NCBI GenBank assembly: GCA_963811165.1
Contig: CAWEQH010000004.1
Coordinates: forward strand, 736,001 to 800,000
Direction of reading: 5' to 3'
From: an uncultured Nitrospiraceae bacterium
GTDB lineage: Bacteria; Nitrospirota; Thermodesulfovibrionia; Thermodesulfovibrionales; UBA6898
Length of the DNA: 64,000 bases
Position numbers and translations under genes: made by a program. A model generated the notes under the pieces. That model was not told the origin of the DNA. It did no database searches and was given only the letters and a program-made list of their open reading frames with translations. Positions 18,122 through 29,500 of this stretch are shown piece after piece. The stretch's first letter is position 1; the number at the start of each line of letters is the position of its first letter.

Positions 18122-19477
18122 TTACTTTTTTAGTATCCGCCAGAGGCTGGTCCTCGAAATGCCCAGTAGTTCCGCTGCCTTTGACTTATTGTTGTCGACA
18201 TATTCGAGTATCTTTTCTGCATAGTCTTTATTGAGCTCATCGATTGTCCTAAGTCTATTTGGATCTATGGTTTCAATTTGAAACAGCCTGATGGTTTGCG
18301 GGAGACTTTCGGGTGTTATCAGCGGGGTTTTCTCAAGAATGACGGCCCTCTCTATGATATTTTCGAGTTCCCTCACATTTCCAGGGAACCCATAGTTCAT
18401 AAATATTTCCATCGCTTCTTTATTAAAGCCGGTTACCTTTTTGGTGGACTTTCGGGAATGTTTATCGAGAAAATATTTGCTCAGTGGAGCAATGTCCTCT
18501 TTTCTCTCTCTTAAAGGCGGAATATATATGTCCATTACGTTAAGCCTGTAATAAAGATCTTCCCTGAACCTGCCGTCTGAGATGAGGGTGCTAAGGTTCT
18601 GGTTTGTGGCGGCTATGAACCTGACATCCACTGAAATAGAACGCGTACCCCCAACCCTCATGAACTGCCTGTCCTCGATCACTTTAAGCAGCTTTGCCTG
18701 GAGGGCCGTGGACATCTCCGCTATTTCATCGAGGAAAAGCGTTCCATTATCGGCGATCTCCAGCAGGCCCTGTTTGGCAACGACCGCCCCCGTGAAGGCC
18801 CCTTTTTCATGACCGAATAGTTCGCTGGCAAGAAGTTCTTCAGTGAAGATTGCGCAGTTGAGGGCAAGAAAGGGCATCTCCTTCCGTTTGCTCGTATAAT
18901 GGATGAGCTTTGCCACGAGACCCTTGCCAGTCCCGCTTTCCCCGGTGATGAGGACATTGCAGTCGGAACTCTGGATGCCGGTGATGATGTCTATGACCCT
19001 TTTCATCACCTTGCTCTTTGCGATAAAAGAGAACCCGCCGACAGTCTTTTTCTCCGAAGAGGGGAAGGACGGGTTGAGGGAGACCTTAAGGGCTATGTTC
19101 TCTTTTTCCAGTCTTTTTTTTTCCTCGATTTTTTTTATCTTGAGGTCCAGCTCTTCGAGGTTGAAGGGCTTTGTGATGTAGTCTGTTGCCCCTTTCGTCA
19201 TCGCGTTTACGGCGGACTCTATGCTACCGAAACCGGTGACGATAATAACGTCTATATCAGGATAGTTGTCTTTGACCTTGGATAAAAGGGTGATCCCGTC
19301 GATGCCCGGCATTTTTATGTCGGCAATGAGGATATCGAACTCTTCACCTTCGATCTTCTTAAGCGCATCGAGACCGTTTTTTACCGCGACGATCTCATAG
19401 CCGTTTTTCTCAAGCGCATAGGTGAGATGTTTGAGCGTTATTTCTTCGTCATCTGCGATCAGTATTTTCAGTTTCAT
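18122..19477 (-). CDS. sigma-54-dependent response regulator (NtrC/AtoC family)
   Basis: REC, GESGTGK, GAFTGA, FREDLYYRLNV, Fis-type HTH. Confidence 0.95.
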   Translation of the reverse strand: MKLKILIADDEEITLKHLTYALEKNGYEIVAVKNGLDALKKIEGEEFDILIADIKMPGIDGITLLSKVKDNYPDIDVIIVTGFGSIESAVNAMTKGATDYITKPFNLEELDLKIKKIEEKKRLEKENIALKVSLNPSFPSSEKKTVGGFSFIAKSKVMKRVIDIITGIQSSDCNVLITGESGTGKGLVAKLIHYTSKRKEMPFLALNCAIFTEELLASELFGHEKGAFTGAVVAKQGLLEIADNGTLFLDEIAEMSTALQAKLLKVIEDRQFMRVGGTRSISVDVRFIAATNQNLSTLISDGRFREDLYYRLNVMDIYIPPLRERKEDIAPLSKYFLDKHSRKSTKKVTGFNKEAMEIFMNYGFPGNVRELENIIERAVILEKTPLITPESLPQTIRLFQIETIDPNRLRTIDELNKDYAEKILEYVDNNKSKAAELLGISRTSLWRILKK

Positions 19478-21029
19478 GAATTTTCGGCAACGTTATGGTG
19501 AATGTTGTCCCTTTGTAAGGTTGGCTGTTTACCTCTATTTTTCCCTTATGCTTTTCTATTATATTGTATACGATAGCGAGCCCCAGCCCAGTGCCTTTTT
19601 CCTTTGTCGTGAAGAAGGGGTCGAATATCCTCGAGATGTCCTTGGGGAGGATGCCCTTGCCGGTATCGGAAACATTGATGACAACAGCCTGGTCGTCCTC
19701 GACGAGCGAAATATTCAAGAGGCCTTTTCCTTCCATGGCGTCTGCGGCGTTGCCGAAGAGGTTGATGAAGACCTGTTCCAAGAGATGCCGGTCCGCATCG
19801 ATTTCGACGACGCCGGGAGAGTCCAACACATAATTTATCCCGGCTATTTCTCCTGAGGACTTCATCTGGCTGACCACGTTTTCTATTATGCCGCCGATAT
19901 TTGTCGCACGAAGCTCAGGCGGTTTTTCCCTGGAGAATTCGAGGAGGTCGTTTACGATCCTCTTGACCCTGAGGGTCTGGGAAAAGATGTCGCCCACCGT
20001 CTCTTTGATCATGGGCGAGCAGACTTCCTGACCGATTTCCTTGGAGAGTATCTGCGCGGCCAGATAGATGTTGTTGAGAGGATTATTCAATTCATGGGCC
20101 ACTCCGGAGGCCAGAGTGCCGATGGAGGCGAGTTTCCTGCTTTGCAGGAGTTCCTCGTTCTTTTTATCTATTTCCTGGTCGCGCGCGATCAGGTCCCGTT
20201 CCATATCGTTGAATGAGTTAATGAGTATGCCGACCTCATCCTGTTCCACCGGGACCGAGAGAGAGGAAAAATCGCCCTTGCCGGCCTTCTCTATGGCTCC
20301 GGTCAATATCTTAAGCCTTTTTACGGCGCTTTGACTTATCACAAAAAGGGCAGCGAGGCCCACCGCCAGAAACATGGGAAAAAGTATGAGGACCGCGGTC
20401 TGAAAAATCCTGATCGAACTGTCGACCTTGTCCCTGGCCGACTTATCAAGGTCCGTAGAGAGTATCAGTATCTCCTCTCCGTTTTTGCGGAGCGCGCTCA
20501 GTTGCGCATCCAGTTTCCTCAAGTCCCTGATTAGCTGCTCGACACCCCCGCGGGAGAAGAGCTTTTCGATGAGTTCGGCATTTACAAGGGGACGCTCGAG
20601 GAAGGTCGATTCCATCAGTCTGAAAAAGACGGAGTACTGGGAATGCCTCTCCTTGAGCCCGTTGAATTCCTCTTCGAAGTCCCATTTCAATTTCTCGATG
20701 CTGTTGAACCTCTGGCTGTATTCCTCGATCTTCGTCTGCAGTTTGACGACGCTCCCCGTCCTGTACGCGGGGCCTGTCTGGGCAAGGGTCGTCTTTAGAT
20801 CCAGCAGGTAGAGACGGACGTTATCGCTCTCTTTGCTGTCGCCATAGAGGAGAAAGTTTTTTTCGTGCCTCCTAAGCAGGAGGGACTTGGAACGCACCGT
20901 GTCGGAGAGTTCGAGATAGCGGATCTCCTTTCGTATCCCCACAAAATTGATATAGGCCGATATGGCCAGTACCGCGATGATCATCGAACTGATCAAAAAA
21001 CTAAGGATTATTTTTTTCTTTAAAGACAT
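19449..21029 (-). CDS. membrane sensor histidine kinase (HAMP-HisKA-HATPase)
   Basis: Two TM helices, AHELNNPL, DTGKGI, FDPFFTTK, GTGLGL. Confidence 0.95.
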   Translation of the reverse strand: MSLKKKIILSFLISSMIIAVLAISAYINFVGIRKEIRYLELSDTVRSKSLLLRRHEKNFLLYGDSKESDNVRLYLLDLKTTLAQTGPAYRTGSVVKLQTKIEEYSQRFNSIEKLKWDFEEEFNGLKERHSQYSVFFRLMESTFLERPLVNAELIEKLFSRGGVEQLIRDLRKLDAQLSALRKNGEEILILSTDLDKSARDKVDSSIRIFQTAVLILFPMFLAVGLAALFVISQSAVKRLKILTGAIEKAGKGDFSSLSVPVEQDEVGILINSFNDMERDLIARDQEIDKKNEELLQSRKLASIGTLASGVAHELNNPLNNIYLAAQILSKEIGQEVCSPMIKETVGDIFSQTLRVKRIVNDLLEFSREKPPELRATNIGGIIENVVSQMKSSGEIAGINYVLDSPGVVEIDADRHLLEQVFINLFGNAADAMEGKGLLNISLVEDDQAVVINVSDTGKGILPKDISRIFDPFFTTKEKGTGLGLAIVYNIIEKHKGKIEVNSQPYKGTTFTITLPKIHETENTDRR

Positions 21030-21220
21030 TTTGCCTTTTTCTTATCCCCCGGCCTGCCGCTTGAGCCTATCAGGATTTCATGATTCCCTGCAAAAATCGT
21101 GATCTGTAATTTTACCGATAACCCGGGAAAATCACAAACTGATTTCAAAAAAGGCCCCGGCTGACGGTTGCCGCAGCTTTTTTGATTGATGATACGACAG
21201 AGGGGATACATGGCCCTGTC

Positions 21221-21664
21221 CTAACACGGGACGACGAGGACCTTGCAGGGCGCATGACCGATGACACGGGAAGTTACGCTTCCCATCATGAGTCTTTTTA
21301 TCCCTGTGCGGCCATGGCTTCCCATGACTATCATATCGACCTTTTTCTTTGCCGCCTCATCGACTATGAAGCGGTAAGGTTCTTCGCCCTGATGTGCGAT
21401 AATATCGCATGATATCCCTTTTTTTTCGGCCTTTTTCTTTATCGAGTCGAGGTGGTCCTTCGTCTCTGTTTCTGCCTTCTCGACAATCTTGGGGGCGAGA
21501 GCTTCGTATTCAGGATTTACCTCTACCACTGATATAACATAAAGCCTGCTTGAGCAGACTTTTGCGATATTGATCGCCTCCTGTATCGCCGCCTCCGCCG
21601 ATTCAGAGCCGTCGGTTGCCAGGAGCAACTTCTCAAAACCGATGATCGAGCAGGATTCCTTCAT
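21221..21664 (-). CDS. universal stress protein
   Basis: LLLATDGS...MGSHGRTG...MGSVT. Confidence 0.92.
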   Translation of the reverse strand: MKESCSIIGFEKLLLATDGSESAEAAIQEAINIAKVCSSRLYVISVVEVNPEYEALAPKIVEKAETETKDHLDSIKKKAEKKGISCDIIAHQGEEPYRFIVDEAAKKKVDMIVMGSHGRTGIKRLMMGSVTSRVIGHAPCKVLVVPC

Positions 21665-21665
21665 C

Positions 21666-22082
21666 TTAGTGCCCTCCCGCTTTAAGAACGCCCGATGCCG
21701 CCAGCGTCAGTACCAGCACTTCAACGACGGCAAGGACTGCATAAATTGTGTCTTTTTTCCTCACGAGAATCGGGATTATCCGTATATAACAGATTATGGT
21801 TACACCCGCGAGAAAGGCGATGCCGATGAAATTCAGAAAATCTCCTTTGCCCACCATGCGCAGCCATGCCCAGCCCGGATGTATGCCGGTAGCAGCGAGG
21901 TATTTATGCACCGGCATTTTCCAGTAGTTAGGCAGGTCGTTGACTGGAATATGGGGCGTGAGTATGCCAGTGAGGTAGACGATAAAAGTCACGACGAGGA
22001 TGAGAAGTCCCAACTTCATTCCGGCGTCGAGGAGCTTCGCATAAGCGAGCTGTTCTTCTGTTGCCAATACTTTTTTATCCAT
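21666..22082 (-). CDS. DUF1634-like membrane protein
   Basis: Three TM helices, GDFLNFIGI; follows a TauE gene. Confidence 0.7.
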   Translation of the reverse strand: MDKKVLATEEQLAYAKLLDAGMKLGLLILVVTFIVYLTGILTPHIPVNDLPNYWKMPVHKYLAATGIHPGWAWLRMVGKGDFLNFIGIAFLAGVTIICYIRIIPILVRKKDTIYAVLAVVEVLVLTLAASGVLKAGGH

Positions 22083-22122
22083 TACTTTCCTCCCTTAATA
22101 GTATGACCGTTCATTTGGTTTC

Positions 22123-23094
22123 TCAATTCCATATGCCGAGCCCTTTGAGCAATGCCCGGGACCCGGCGAAGAGCAGCAGGCCTATAACGATATAGCGGAT
22201 TGCAGCAGGTTTTGTTCTTGCGAGGATCTGTACCCCGACGATAGAACCCAACATGATTCCGATAATCGACGGAACCACCATCATCGGCAGCACAGCTCCG
22301 TTGTTTACATATATCCAGGCAGCCGAGGTGTCTGTTATAGAGAGAAGAAATTTGCTCGTTGCAACCGAGACCTTAAGCGGCGCGCCCATCATGAGGTTAA
22401 GGACCGGCACATTCGCCCATCCTGCTCCGAGCCCGAACATACCTGCCATGACCCCTATGATAATGAAGGTGGCGAGACCTTGAGGAGTCCTATGTATCTT
22501 CCAGTTTATGTCCTGTCCTGACGATGCTTCATGGTAAACACCCGTGATTCTGAGTACCGTTGAAAGGTCGTCTGCCTGTTTTACCTCGGGATATTCGGAT
22601 TTTTTCGCCATAAGCATAATGGCGACGATACCTAAGATAGTACCGCCTAAGGCGATATTGATAATCTTTGCGGGAAGTGCCAGGCCGATCATCGCGCCCA
22701 CGATGGCGCAGGCCGATGCAATAACCGCTACGGGTATGGCCAGTCTGAGGTCAGCCATACCTTTTTTGAGCAAACCTGGACCTGCGGCCAGGGCCCCCGC
22801 CAGAGCGACCAGTAATCCCGCCCCTCTGACAAAGTCGATATGGAAGGGGAAAAATCCTGCGATAATTGGGACAAAAAGTACGCCGCCTCCGACGCCGCCT
22901 AAGACCGCAACGATACCCATAAAGAACGTAACGATAAACAGAATGAGCGGCCACGCCCACCAGGGCATCGAGGATTCTACGACCGGAACCGAAGCAGCGG
23001 ACGGTTCGCCGGCCGCAAAAACGCTGCCGGCGATCATTAAGATCGCCAATATGAGTATTGCTAAAGACAGGAATTTAAGGTTTTTTGCCAACAT
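22123..23094 (-). CDS. sulfite exporter TauE/SafE family membrane protein
   Basis: LGGVGGGVLFVP and FGLGAGWANVP repeats. Confidence 0.9.
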   Translation of the reverse strand: MLAKNLKFLSLAILILAILMIAGSVFAAGEPSAASVPVVESSMPWWAWPLILFIVTFFMGIVAVLGGVGGGVLFVPIIAGFFPFHIDFVRGAGLLVALAGALAAGPGLLKKGMADLRLAIPVAVIASACAIVGAMIGLALPAKIINIALGGTILGIVAIMLMAKKSEYPEVKQADDLSTVLRITGVYHEASSGQDINWKIHRTPQGLATFIIIGVMAGMFGLGAGWANVPVLNLMMGAPLKVSVATSKFLLSITDTSAAWIYVNNGAVLPMMVVPSIIGIMLGSIVGVQILARTKPAAIRYIVIGLLLFAGSRALLKGLGIWN

Positions 23095-23122
23095 GATCTT
23101 TTTTCCTTCCTCCTTTAAGTGA

Positions 23123-23884
23123 TTATCGTATTCTTTCGAATTCTGTCTGAAATTTATATCGATCGCTTCTGCCTAGGAACCTTGTGTATCCGACCGGCGT
23201 GTTGTCGGAGCTAAGCAACAGTCTGTGTACCGCAAGTACGGGGATGCCTTCCGTGAGATCGAGGTTCCTCGCCGATTCCCCCAAAGCCTGTAAGACCTCT
23301 ACTGTTTGTATTACTTTGAATATCTTTTTTAAGCCTTTTTCCTGAAGTATGGAATAAAGCGAAATATGGGCAAAATCAATCTGCTCAATGTCGGGCAGCA
23401 TATAATATGGAATGAATGACTCATCAAGGTAAGCCGGTTCTCCATTGACCGTCCTTTTGCAAAGGACGAGATAGATGTTGTCTTCGGTCCTCAGATAGGC
23501 CCTGACGTCATGGGGCGGGCCCTGGTTCCCCCTGAACAATATCTCTTTTTCAGCCTTCACCTCCTCCCCAAACATCTCTTCCGTGAAACGGGTCCGCATC
23601 GAAAGTCCGACGACGGGGAGCACACTTGTGACAAACGTGCCTTTGCCCTGAAGCTTCATGAGATACCCGTCTGAAGCAAGGTTGTTTATCGCTTGTCGCA
23701 CCGTTATTTTGCTGACATCATGTTTTTTGCATAATTCTTCTTCCGTTGGGATTTTCTGCCCCAGCTTCCACCTTAAAGCAGTAATTTCTTCGAGAAATAT
23801 TCTGGTTAGCTGGATGTAGAGTTTTTCCTGGTTATATCTATCTACTGTTTTTATTTGCAATGGCTCTGTTTCATTATGAATCAT
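23123..23884 (-). CDS. GntR family (HutC/UTRA) transcriptional regulator
   Basis: IPTEEEL...VSKITVRQA...QGKGTFV and C-terminal UTRA-like region. Confidence 0.92.
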   Translation of the reverse strand: MIHNETEPLQIKTVDRYNQEKLYIQLTRIFLEEITALRWKLGQKIPTEEELCKKHDVSKITVRQAINNLASDGYLMKLQGKGTFVTSVLPVVGLSMRTRFTEEMFGEEVKAEKEILFRGNQGPPHDVRAYLRTEDNIYLVLCKRTVNGEPAYLDESFIPYYMLPDIEQIDFAHISLYSILQEKGLKKIFKVIQTVEVLQALGESARNLDLTEGIPVLAVHRLLLSSDNTPVGYTRFLGRSDRYKFQTEFERIR

Positions 23885-23890
23885 AAATAC

Positions 23891-23919
23891 ATATTATTAT
23901 AATGACATTATGATGTCAA
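23891..23919 (-). promoter_or_regulatory. sigma-70 promoter with overlapping palindromic operator
   Basis: Minus strand TTGACA-17 bp-TAATAT; TGACAT-TATG-ATGTCA palindrome at 23903-23918. Confidence 0.6.
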
Positions 23920-24040
23920 GAAAATAATTCGTATAGCCTGAAAAAGAATATTATTGAAAATATGTTATGGTATATTTCTATGGGTTGTGGTTTCATAAAC
24001 CTAATTAAATACTTTATGTCTATAATGTAACACACTGATT

Positions 24041-26521
24041 ATGAATGAAAAAATATTAGAGGGCATAGAAGGATGGTTCAGCGAGTTTAAGGGTGGAATA
24101 GCTTTGGCCGAGCTCTATACGACGAAGATGGACAGGATCATTCTGGACATTTTCAGTTCGGCGGGTGGCGACGTGAGGGCGGTTCTTATCGCTACCGGGG
24201 GGTATGGTCGCAGTGAACTCTGTCCTTATTCTGATGTCGACATCATGTTCTTTGCCCCTGACAGGGCAGATACCGAAGGCGTGGAACGCATACTATATAA
24301 GCTTTGGGATACCGGATTCGATATCAGTCACTCCTTCCGGACCCCTGGGGAATGCGTCGAAGAGGCATCTAAAGACATGAAAACGCGGACGTCTCTTCTT
24401 GAAGCACGCTACATTGCGGGAGACAAAAGACTCTTTGACATCTTCAAAACTAAAGTCTATCCGGAGATCGCCTATAGAAAACAGAAAGACTTTGTCAGAG
24501 AAAAATTGCTCGAGATGGAAAAAAGGCATATTAGTTCGGGTGATTCGGTATTTCTCCTTGAACCTCATATAAAAGATGGGGAAGGTGGGCTTAGGGATAT
24601 CCACACCGCTTACTGGCTTTCGAAGGTGGCTATGAAGATCGACAAATTCTCCGATTTTTCAAGACTTCTGGGTCCGCATGACTACAAGCGTTTCAGCGGC
24701 GCTTACGATTTCCTTCTGCGCTGCCGGTTCGGTCTCCATCTGGAAAGTCGCAGGAAGAATGATATCCTTTCCTTTGAATATCAGAAAAGTGTTGCGGCCA
24801 GGCTCGGGTTCAAGGATTCTGTGAAATTTACCGCCACGGAACGGTTTATGCGCTATTACTACCTGAAAAGCAGGATCATACGAGAGACCATGCACAAGGT
24901 TATGGTTGCATGCAGCAGGCATTATGTGCCGCCCCTCAGGGACTGGAGAATCAGGAAGATAAATGATGATTTTTCACTGTCGGGCGGGAAACTTATCTTG
25001 ACGAAAGAGGGTCTGTTTGCCCGGAATCCCGAAAAGATCATGGAGGCCTTTTTTCTTTTTTCGAAGACAGGCAAGAAGTTCAGCGACACGACCAGGGAAA
25101 AGATAAAGTCGGCTCTTCTGCATATAAACAAAAGGACGAGATCTTCGCCTTCATCGGTGCATTATTTTCTCGAAATTATCAGAGGGGAGCGCGTGTACGA
25201 CACCTTGAGGGAGATGCATGAGACCGGAGTACTGGGGAGGTTTGTCCCCGAGGTCGGCGTCCTGAGGCAGCTCGTAGTACATGAACCATATCACATGTAT
25301 ACAGTCGATGAACATACCCTGCTCGCCCTACGAAACCTGGAGAGGCTGAGGACAACGCGGTATCAAAACCTCGAGGAGTTCCACCATATCATCAAGGGTA
25401 TGGATCGAATCGACACCCTCTTTATGGCGCTTCTGTTTCATGATATCGGCAAGGCGGCGGGAAGACGGCATGAGGAGGAGGGATATAAGAGGCTGAAGAA
25501 CATTATGGAGAGATTTAATCTCGATGTAAAAGTAAGGACGAGAATAGAATTCCTGGTGAAAAATCATATCCTGATGTCCAAGATAGCCCTGAAGATGGAG
25601 ACGTCAGACGGCGAAGTGGTCGCGATGTTTGCCGATGCGGTCGAAGACGCGGAGAACCTTAAGGCTATATATCTTATTACCTATGCGGATATGTCCGCGG
25701 TCAACCCCGGTTTCTGGAATTCCTGGAAGTCCTATCTTTTAAAGGAATTATACGATCACACTATGGACTATCTCTTAGGTATTAAGGAAGGGCGAGACGA
25801 ATATCTGAGCGGGCTCCGCGAGATTTGTCCCAAAAATCTACTGCAGGGCCTCATGGATTTTGTCGGTGAGATGCCGGACAGATATCTGTTTTCCACGACG
25901 AGAAACCGGATCATCGAGGATTACGGACTCGTGCAAAAAGCGAGGGCAAGCGGCTTCGCAATGCGTACAGATCCTGGGCCTCATGAGGTTGTGGATCTTT
26001 CAATCAGCGCCAATGACCGTCCGGGCCTTTTTTCGAGGATAGTGGGGTTTCTTACTTCAAGGGGCCTCAATATTGTGAGCGGAAAGATATTTACGGGCAA
26101 AAGGGGGGGCGTCATCGACAAAATTACGGTTTCAAACTGGAAAGATCTTTGGTGGGAGGGGTTTGAAGAGGATCTGCATGAGGGCTTAAAAGGCATTATC
26201 ACGAAGGGCAGTCCCCTTGCAGTGGCAAGCCGTCCGGTCCGGACGGAGAGCCCCTTCGACATTTTCATAGAGCTCGACAACGAGGTGTCCGATGAATTTA
26301 CCCTTATCGAAATTTTCTCTCCCGACAGGCTGGGACTGTTGTACGACATAGCGAGTACCATGTATCTTCATGGCGTAAATATCATTTCGGCGCGGATAAA
26401 TACGGACGGCGGGTTGGCCCAGGACATATTTTATGTGCAGTCAGAAAAGGATAAAATGGATTATAGTAAAGCATTGGAAATTCTCTCTGAATTATGGATG
26501 ATCCTAAAAGGAAAAGAATAA
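24041..26521 (+). CDS. glnD: [protein-PII] uridylyltransferase
   Basis: GGYGRSELCPYSDVD, EPHIKDGEGGLRD, HMYTVDEH, HDIGK, two ACT domains. Confidence 0.95.
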   Translation: MNEKILEGIEGWFSEFKGGIALAELYTTKMDRIILDIFSSAGGDVRAVLIATGGYGRSELCPYSDVDIMFFAPDRADTEGVERILYKLWDTGFDISHSFRTPGECVEEASKDMKTRTSLLEARYIAGDKRLFDIFKTKVYPEIAYRKQKDFVREKLLEMEKRHISSGDSVFLLEPHIKDGEGGLRDIHTAYWLSKVAMKIDKFSDFSRLLGPHDYKRFSGAYDFLLRCRFGLHLESRRKNDILSFEYQKSVAARLGFKDSVKFTATERFMRYYYLKSRIIRETMHKVMVACSRHYVPPLRDWRIRKINDDFSLSGGKLILTKEGLFARNPEKIMEAFFLFSKTGKKFSDTTREKIKSALLHINKRTRSSPSSVHYFLEIIRGERVYDTLREMHETGVLGRFVPEVGVLRQLVVHEPYHMYTVDEHTLLALRNLERLRTTRYQNLEEFHHIIKGMDRIDTLFMALLFHDIGKAAGRRHEEEGYKRLKNIMERFNLDVKVRTRIEFLVKNHILMSKIALKMETSDGEVVAMFADAVEDAENLKAIYLITYADMSAVNPGFWNSWKSYLLKELYDHTMDYLLGIKEGRDEYLSGLREICPKNLLQGLMDFVGEMPDRYLFSTTRNRIIEDYGLVQKARASGFAMRTDPGPHEVVDLSISANDRPGLFSRIVGFLTSRGLNIVSGKIFTGKRGGVIDKITVSNWKDLWWEGFEEDLHEGLKGIITKGSPLAVASRPVRTESPFDIFIELDNEVSDEFTLIEIFSPDRLGLLYDIASTMYLHGVNIISARINTDGGLAQDIFYVQSEKDKMDYSKALEILSELWMILKGKE

Positions 26522-29500
26522 AAAGTCTTGCGTACCTGATCCCCCTTGCGGTGGTCATCGGGATCTCGGCGTTTATACTCCGCGGCCCTCACATCTCAAA
26601 CGCCCTGAAAAAGCTTATTCTGCCGGAGCTTGAACAGATCGTCGGCCGCAAGGTGATCGCACAAAAAATCTATATCAACCTCTTTCCCCTCTTTGTGGAA
26701 GCGAAGGGACTCAAAATGTTCGACGATAAGGGGGAGCGCATCTTTTTGGTCCAGAGGGCTAAGGCATATATTGAACTCACGGGTATCTTGGGCAAGGCAA
26801 TAAAGATCCGGAGGCTGGTGCTGAAAGAGCCGGAAATTACGACGGACCGAAAGCAGGCGGCAGAGATAGCGGACAATGTGAAGGCCTATCTGGAAAAGGT
26901 GAGGGATACCGCCTTTAAGGTAAAGATTAAGGCAGTGGAAGTGCAAAAGTGCGGCCTACACTATACGGATGAAGTGTACCGAGCTGTTTCTAAGATCGAC
27001 GGCCTCGACGGTGAGGTGATTATCGGCGAGTGGCAGCGTGTAAATGTCTCGCTCCGAAAGTTTGACGTGAAAAAAGAAGGCTGGCCAGATGTCTCCGGAA
27101 ATGCCGATGTTGCCTTTTCCGTGAAGGACGGCAATGTCCGGATAAAGAGGCTTGTAATAGGTTCCTTCGGTTCAACGATTGCCGGGACCGGAGAATATGC
27201 AGGGGCAAAGGCGAGTTTTAAGGCCAAGATCGACCTGTTTTTGGAGACGGTGAAGAAGATCTTCGGGCTCAAAAGGTCCGGCGAAGGAGAGGTGCGGATA
27301 GGGGGACTTGTCAACTATATAAATAAGGGGGTTACCCTCGACCTGAAGGTCGACGGGAAATTTTATATACAGACCCTTATGGAACTGCTCAAGGTCAAGG
27401 AGCGGATCGAAGGGCTGATAGACCTGAAGGCGACTCTCACCGGCCCGCTTAGTCATATCGTGGGCAGAGGTACTGCCGTGCTGACAGGTGGCAATCTTTT
27501 TGATGTGGATGTAAAGCGTTTGAAATGCGAGGTTTCCTATGCCGACGGTCTGATGAGTTTTACCGATGGCTCCGGCAGCCTCTACAATGGCAGCGCCAAG
27601 GTGTCGGCGTCGATAACCCTTCCCGTTGTCAACGCTTTTGCAGTCGATGTTGCCTTTACCTCAGTTGACAGCCGCCCTTTGTTCAAGCTTATCGGTTGGG
27701 ACCCGGGTGTCCCTGCGGGAAAGGTGAACGGTACCCTTTTGACTTCAGGTTCGGCATTTAACCCCGAGGGGAGGTTTGAATATAAGAGTGTTGAAAAGGG
27801 AAAAGATGTCTTTGGCAGAGTCAGGGACGTTTCCGGCACTTATCGAATGGCGAGTTCGATACTGGCGCTCTCCGACCTGAAAGTCGCTACCGGTCTTTCC
27901 GAAATCCAAGCCGGCGGAACGGTCGATATCGGGAAAAAATTCCTCGATATCGACTGCCGCATGAAGTCTTTTGATATTACCGATCTGACCGCGCCTTATT
28001 ATTCCAAGTTAAGGGGTACAGGCGGATTCAGGGGAAGCGTAGTCGGCACTTTCGATGATCCGGTCATAAGTGGACAGATCGCTATCGGAAATCCGGTCTT
28101 TGAAAAGTATTCTGCAGAAGCCATAAACGCGGAACTTACTTACAGGAAAGAGGCCCTCAATATCAGGGAGATGACGGTAAGGGGCAAAGGACAGTCTGCT
28201 GTTTTAAGCGGGGGGATCGCTTTTAAGGGGGCGAAGGCACTTTTCGATCTTTCAAGGCCCGAATACAGGCTGACGGCTTCGTTGAGGAACACTGATCTCG
28301 AAGGGTTCGCAAAGATATTCTATCCGGATTTCAAAGGCTCGGGGCGACTGCATGCCGACTTGACGATCGGCGGCAGCGCCGATAACCCCGATATCGGCGG
28401 GACTGCATCAGCAGATCGTGCAACGGTTTACAACTTGCCCTTTGATAAGGCCGATTTCAAATGGGCTTACAGGGACGCGAAACTCTCCTTTATGAATATG
28501 AGGGTCACCCGCGGCAAGTCGACGCTGACAGGGAATGCATCGATAGACGCGAAAGGCCATTTCTCTTACAGTGCCTCTTCGGACAAGGTACTTCTAAGCG
28601 ACATCGTCCGACGGGAGATCAAAGGCGACGCGGTATTCAGTCTAAAGAGCGAGGGGCACGGAACATTTGAGGATCCTTCAATCAGCCTGGACGCCAGGAT
28701 GATCGAGGGCAAACTAAAGGGCAAACCGGTCGGAAGTGGCACAATTTCCGCTTCGATAAAGGGCAAAGACATTTCCGTGAGTGCCCGCATTATTAACGAT
28801 AAGGTTTTGCTTACCGGCAGGGGCAGGTTTGAAAAGGAGATGCCTTGGGATGCCAGGATCGAGATGCAGAAGGGAAGATACGATTTCATTATAAGTGCAT
28901 TTCTTAAGGACGTCCCCGAGGACCTGATAGTGAGTATGAACGGGCAGGCGATCCTCCACGGGGACAAGAAACATATCGCCGGGTCTCTCACGTTGGACCA
29001 ACTGGCCCTTTCGATGTACGGCTATAGCTTTACGAGCGAGAAACAGATCAGGCTTGATTTGAATGACAGACGGATTTCGCTTGAAAAAATAACCATGAGA
29101 AGCGGGAACATGTCCCTGGGACTCGATGGAAACGTCGAACTTGGCAAAAATTACAATCTCAGCCTGGAGGGGAGTTCGTCCCTTTCCCCTCTGAAGGGTC
29201 TTTCGAGCAAGATAGGTCTTCTCAAAGGGGATGCTGAATTTGTCCTTAGCGTTACGGGGGACTGGGACAGCCCGGAGATCAACGGGGGAGTAACTCTCGA
29301 AAACGGGTCCTTCGGCCTGAAAGACTATTCATACAGGATCAGTGCCCTGAGCGGATATCTTTATATGGATAATGACAGGATTGTATTGCAGAAACTCTCC
29401 GGAAAGCTGGGGGGCGGAGACATAGACATCTCGGGTATCCTTTATCTGAAAAAGTTCTCTCTCAAGAGGTTCTATGTCGAGGCGGGTCTTCGCAATATCA

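Noticed and set aside
22544..23122. 192-aa plus-strand ORF and similar long antisense ORFs elsewhere
   Set aside because: Antisense shadows of well-supported genes.
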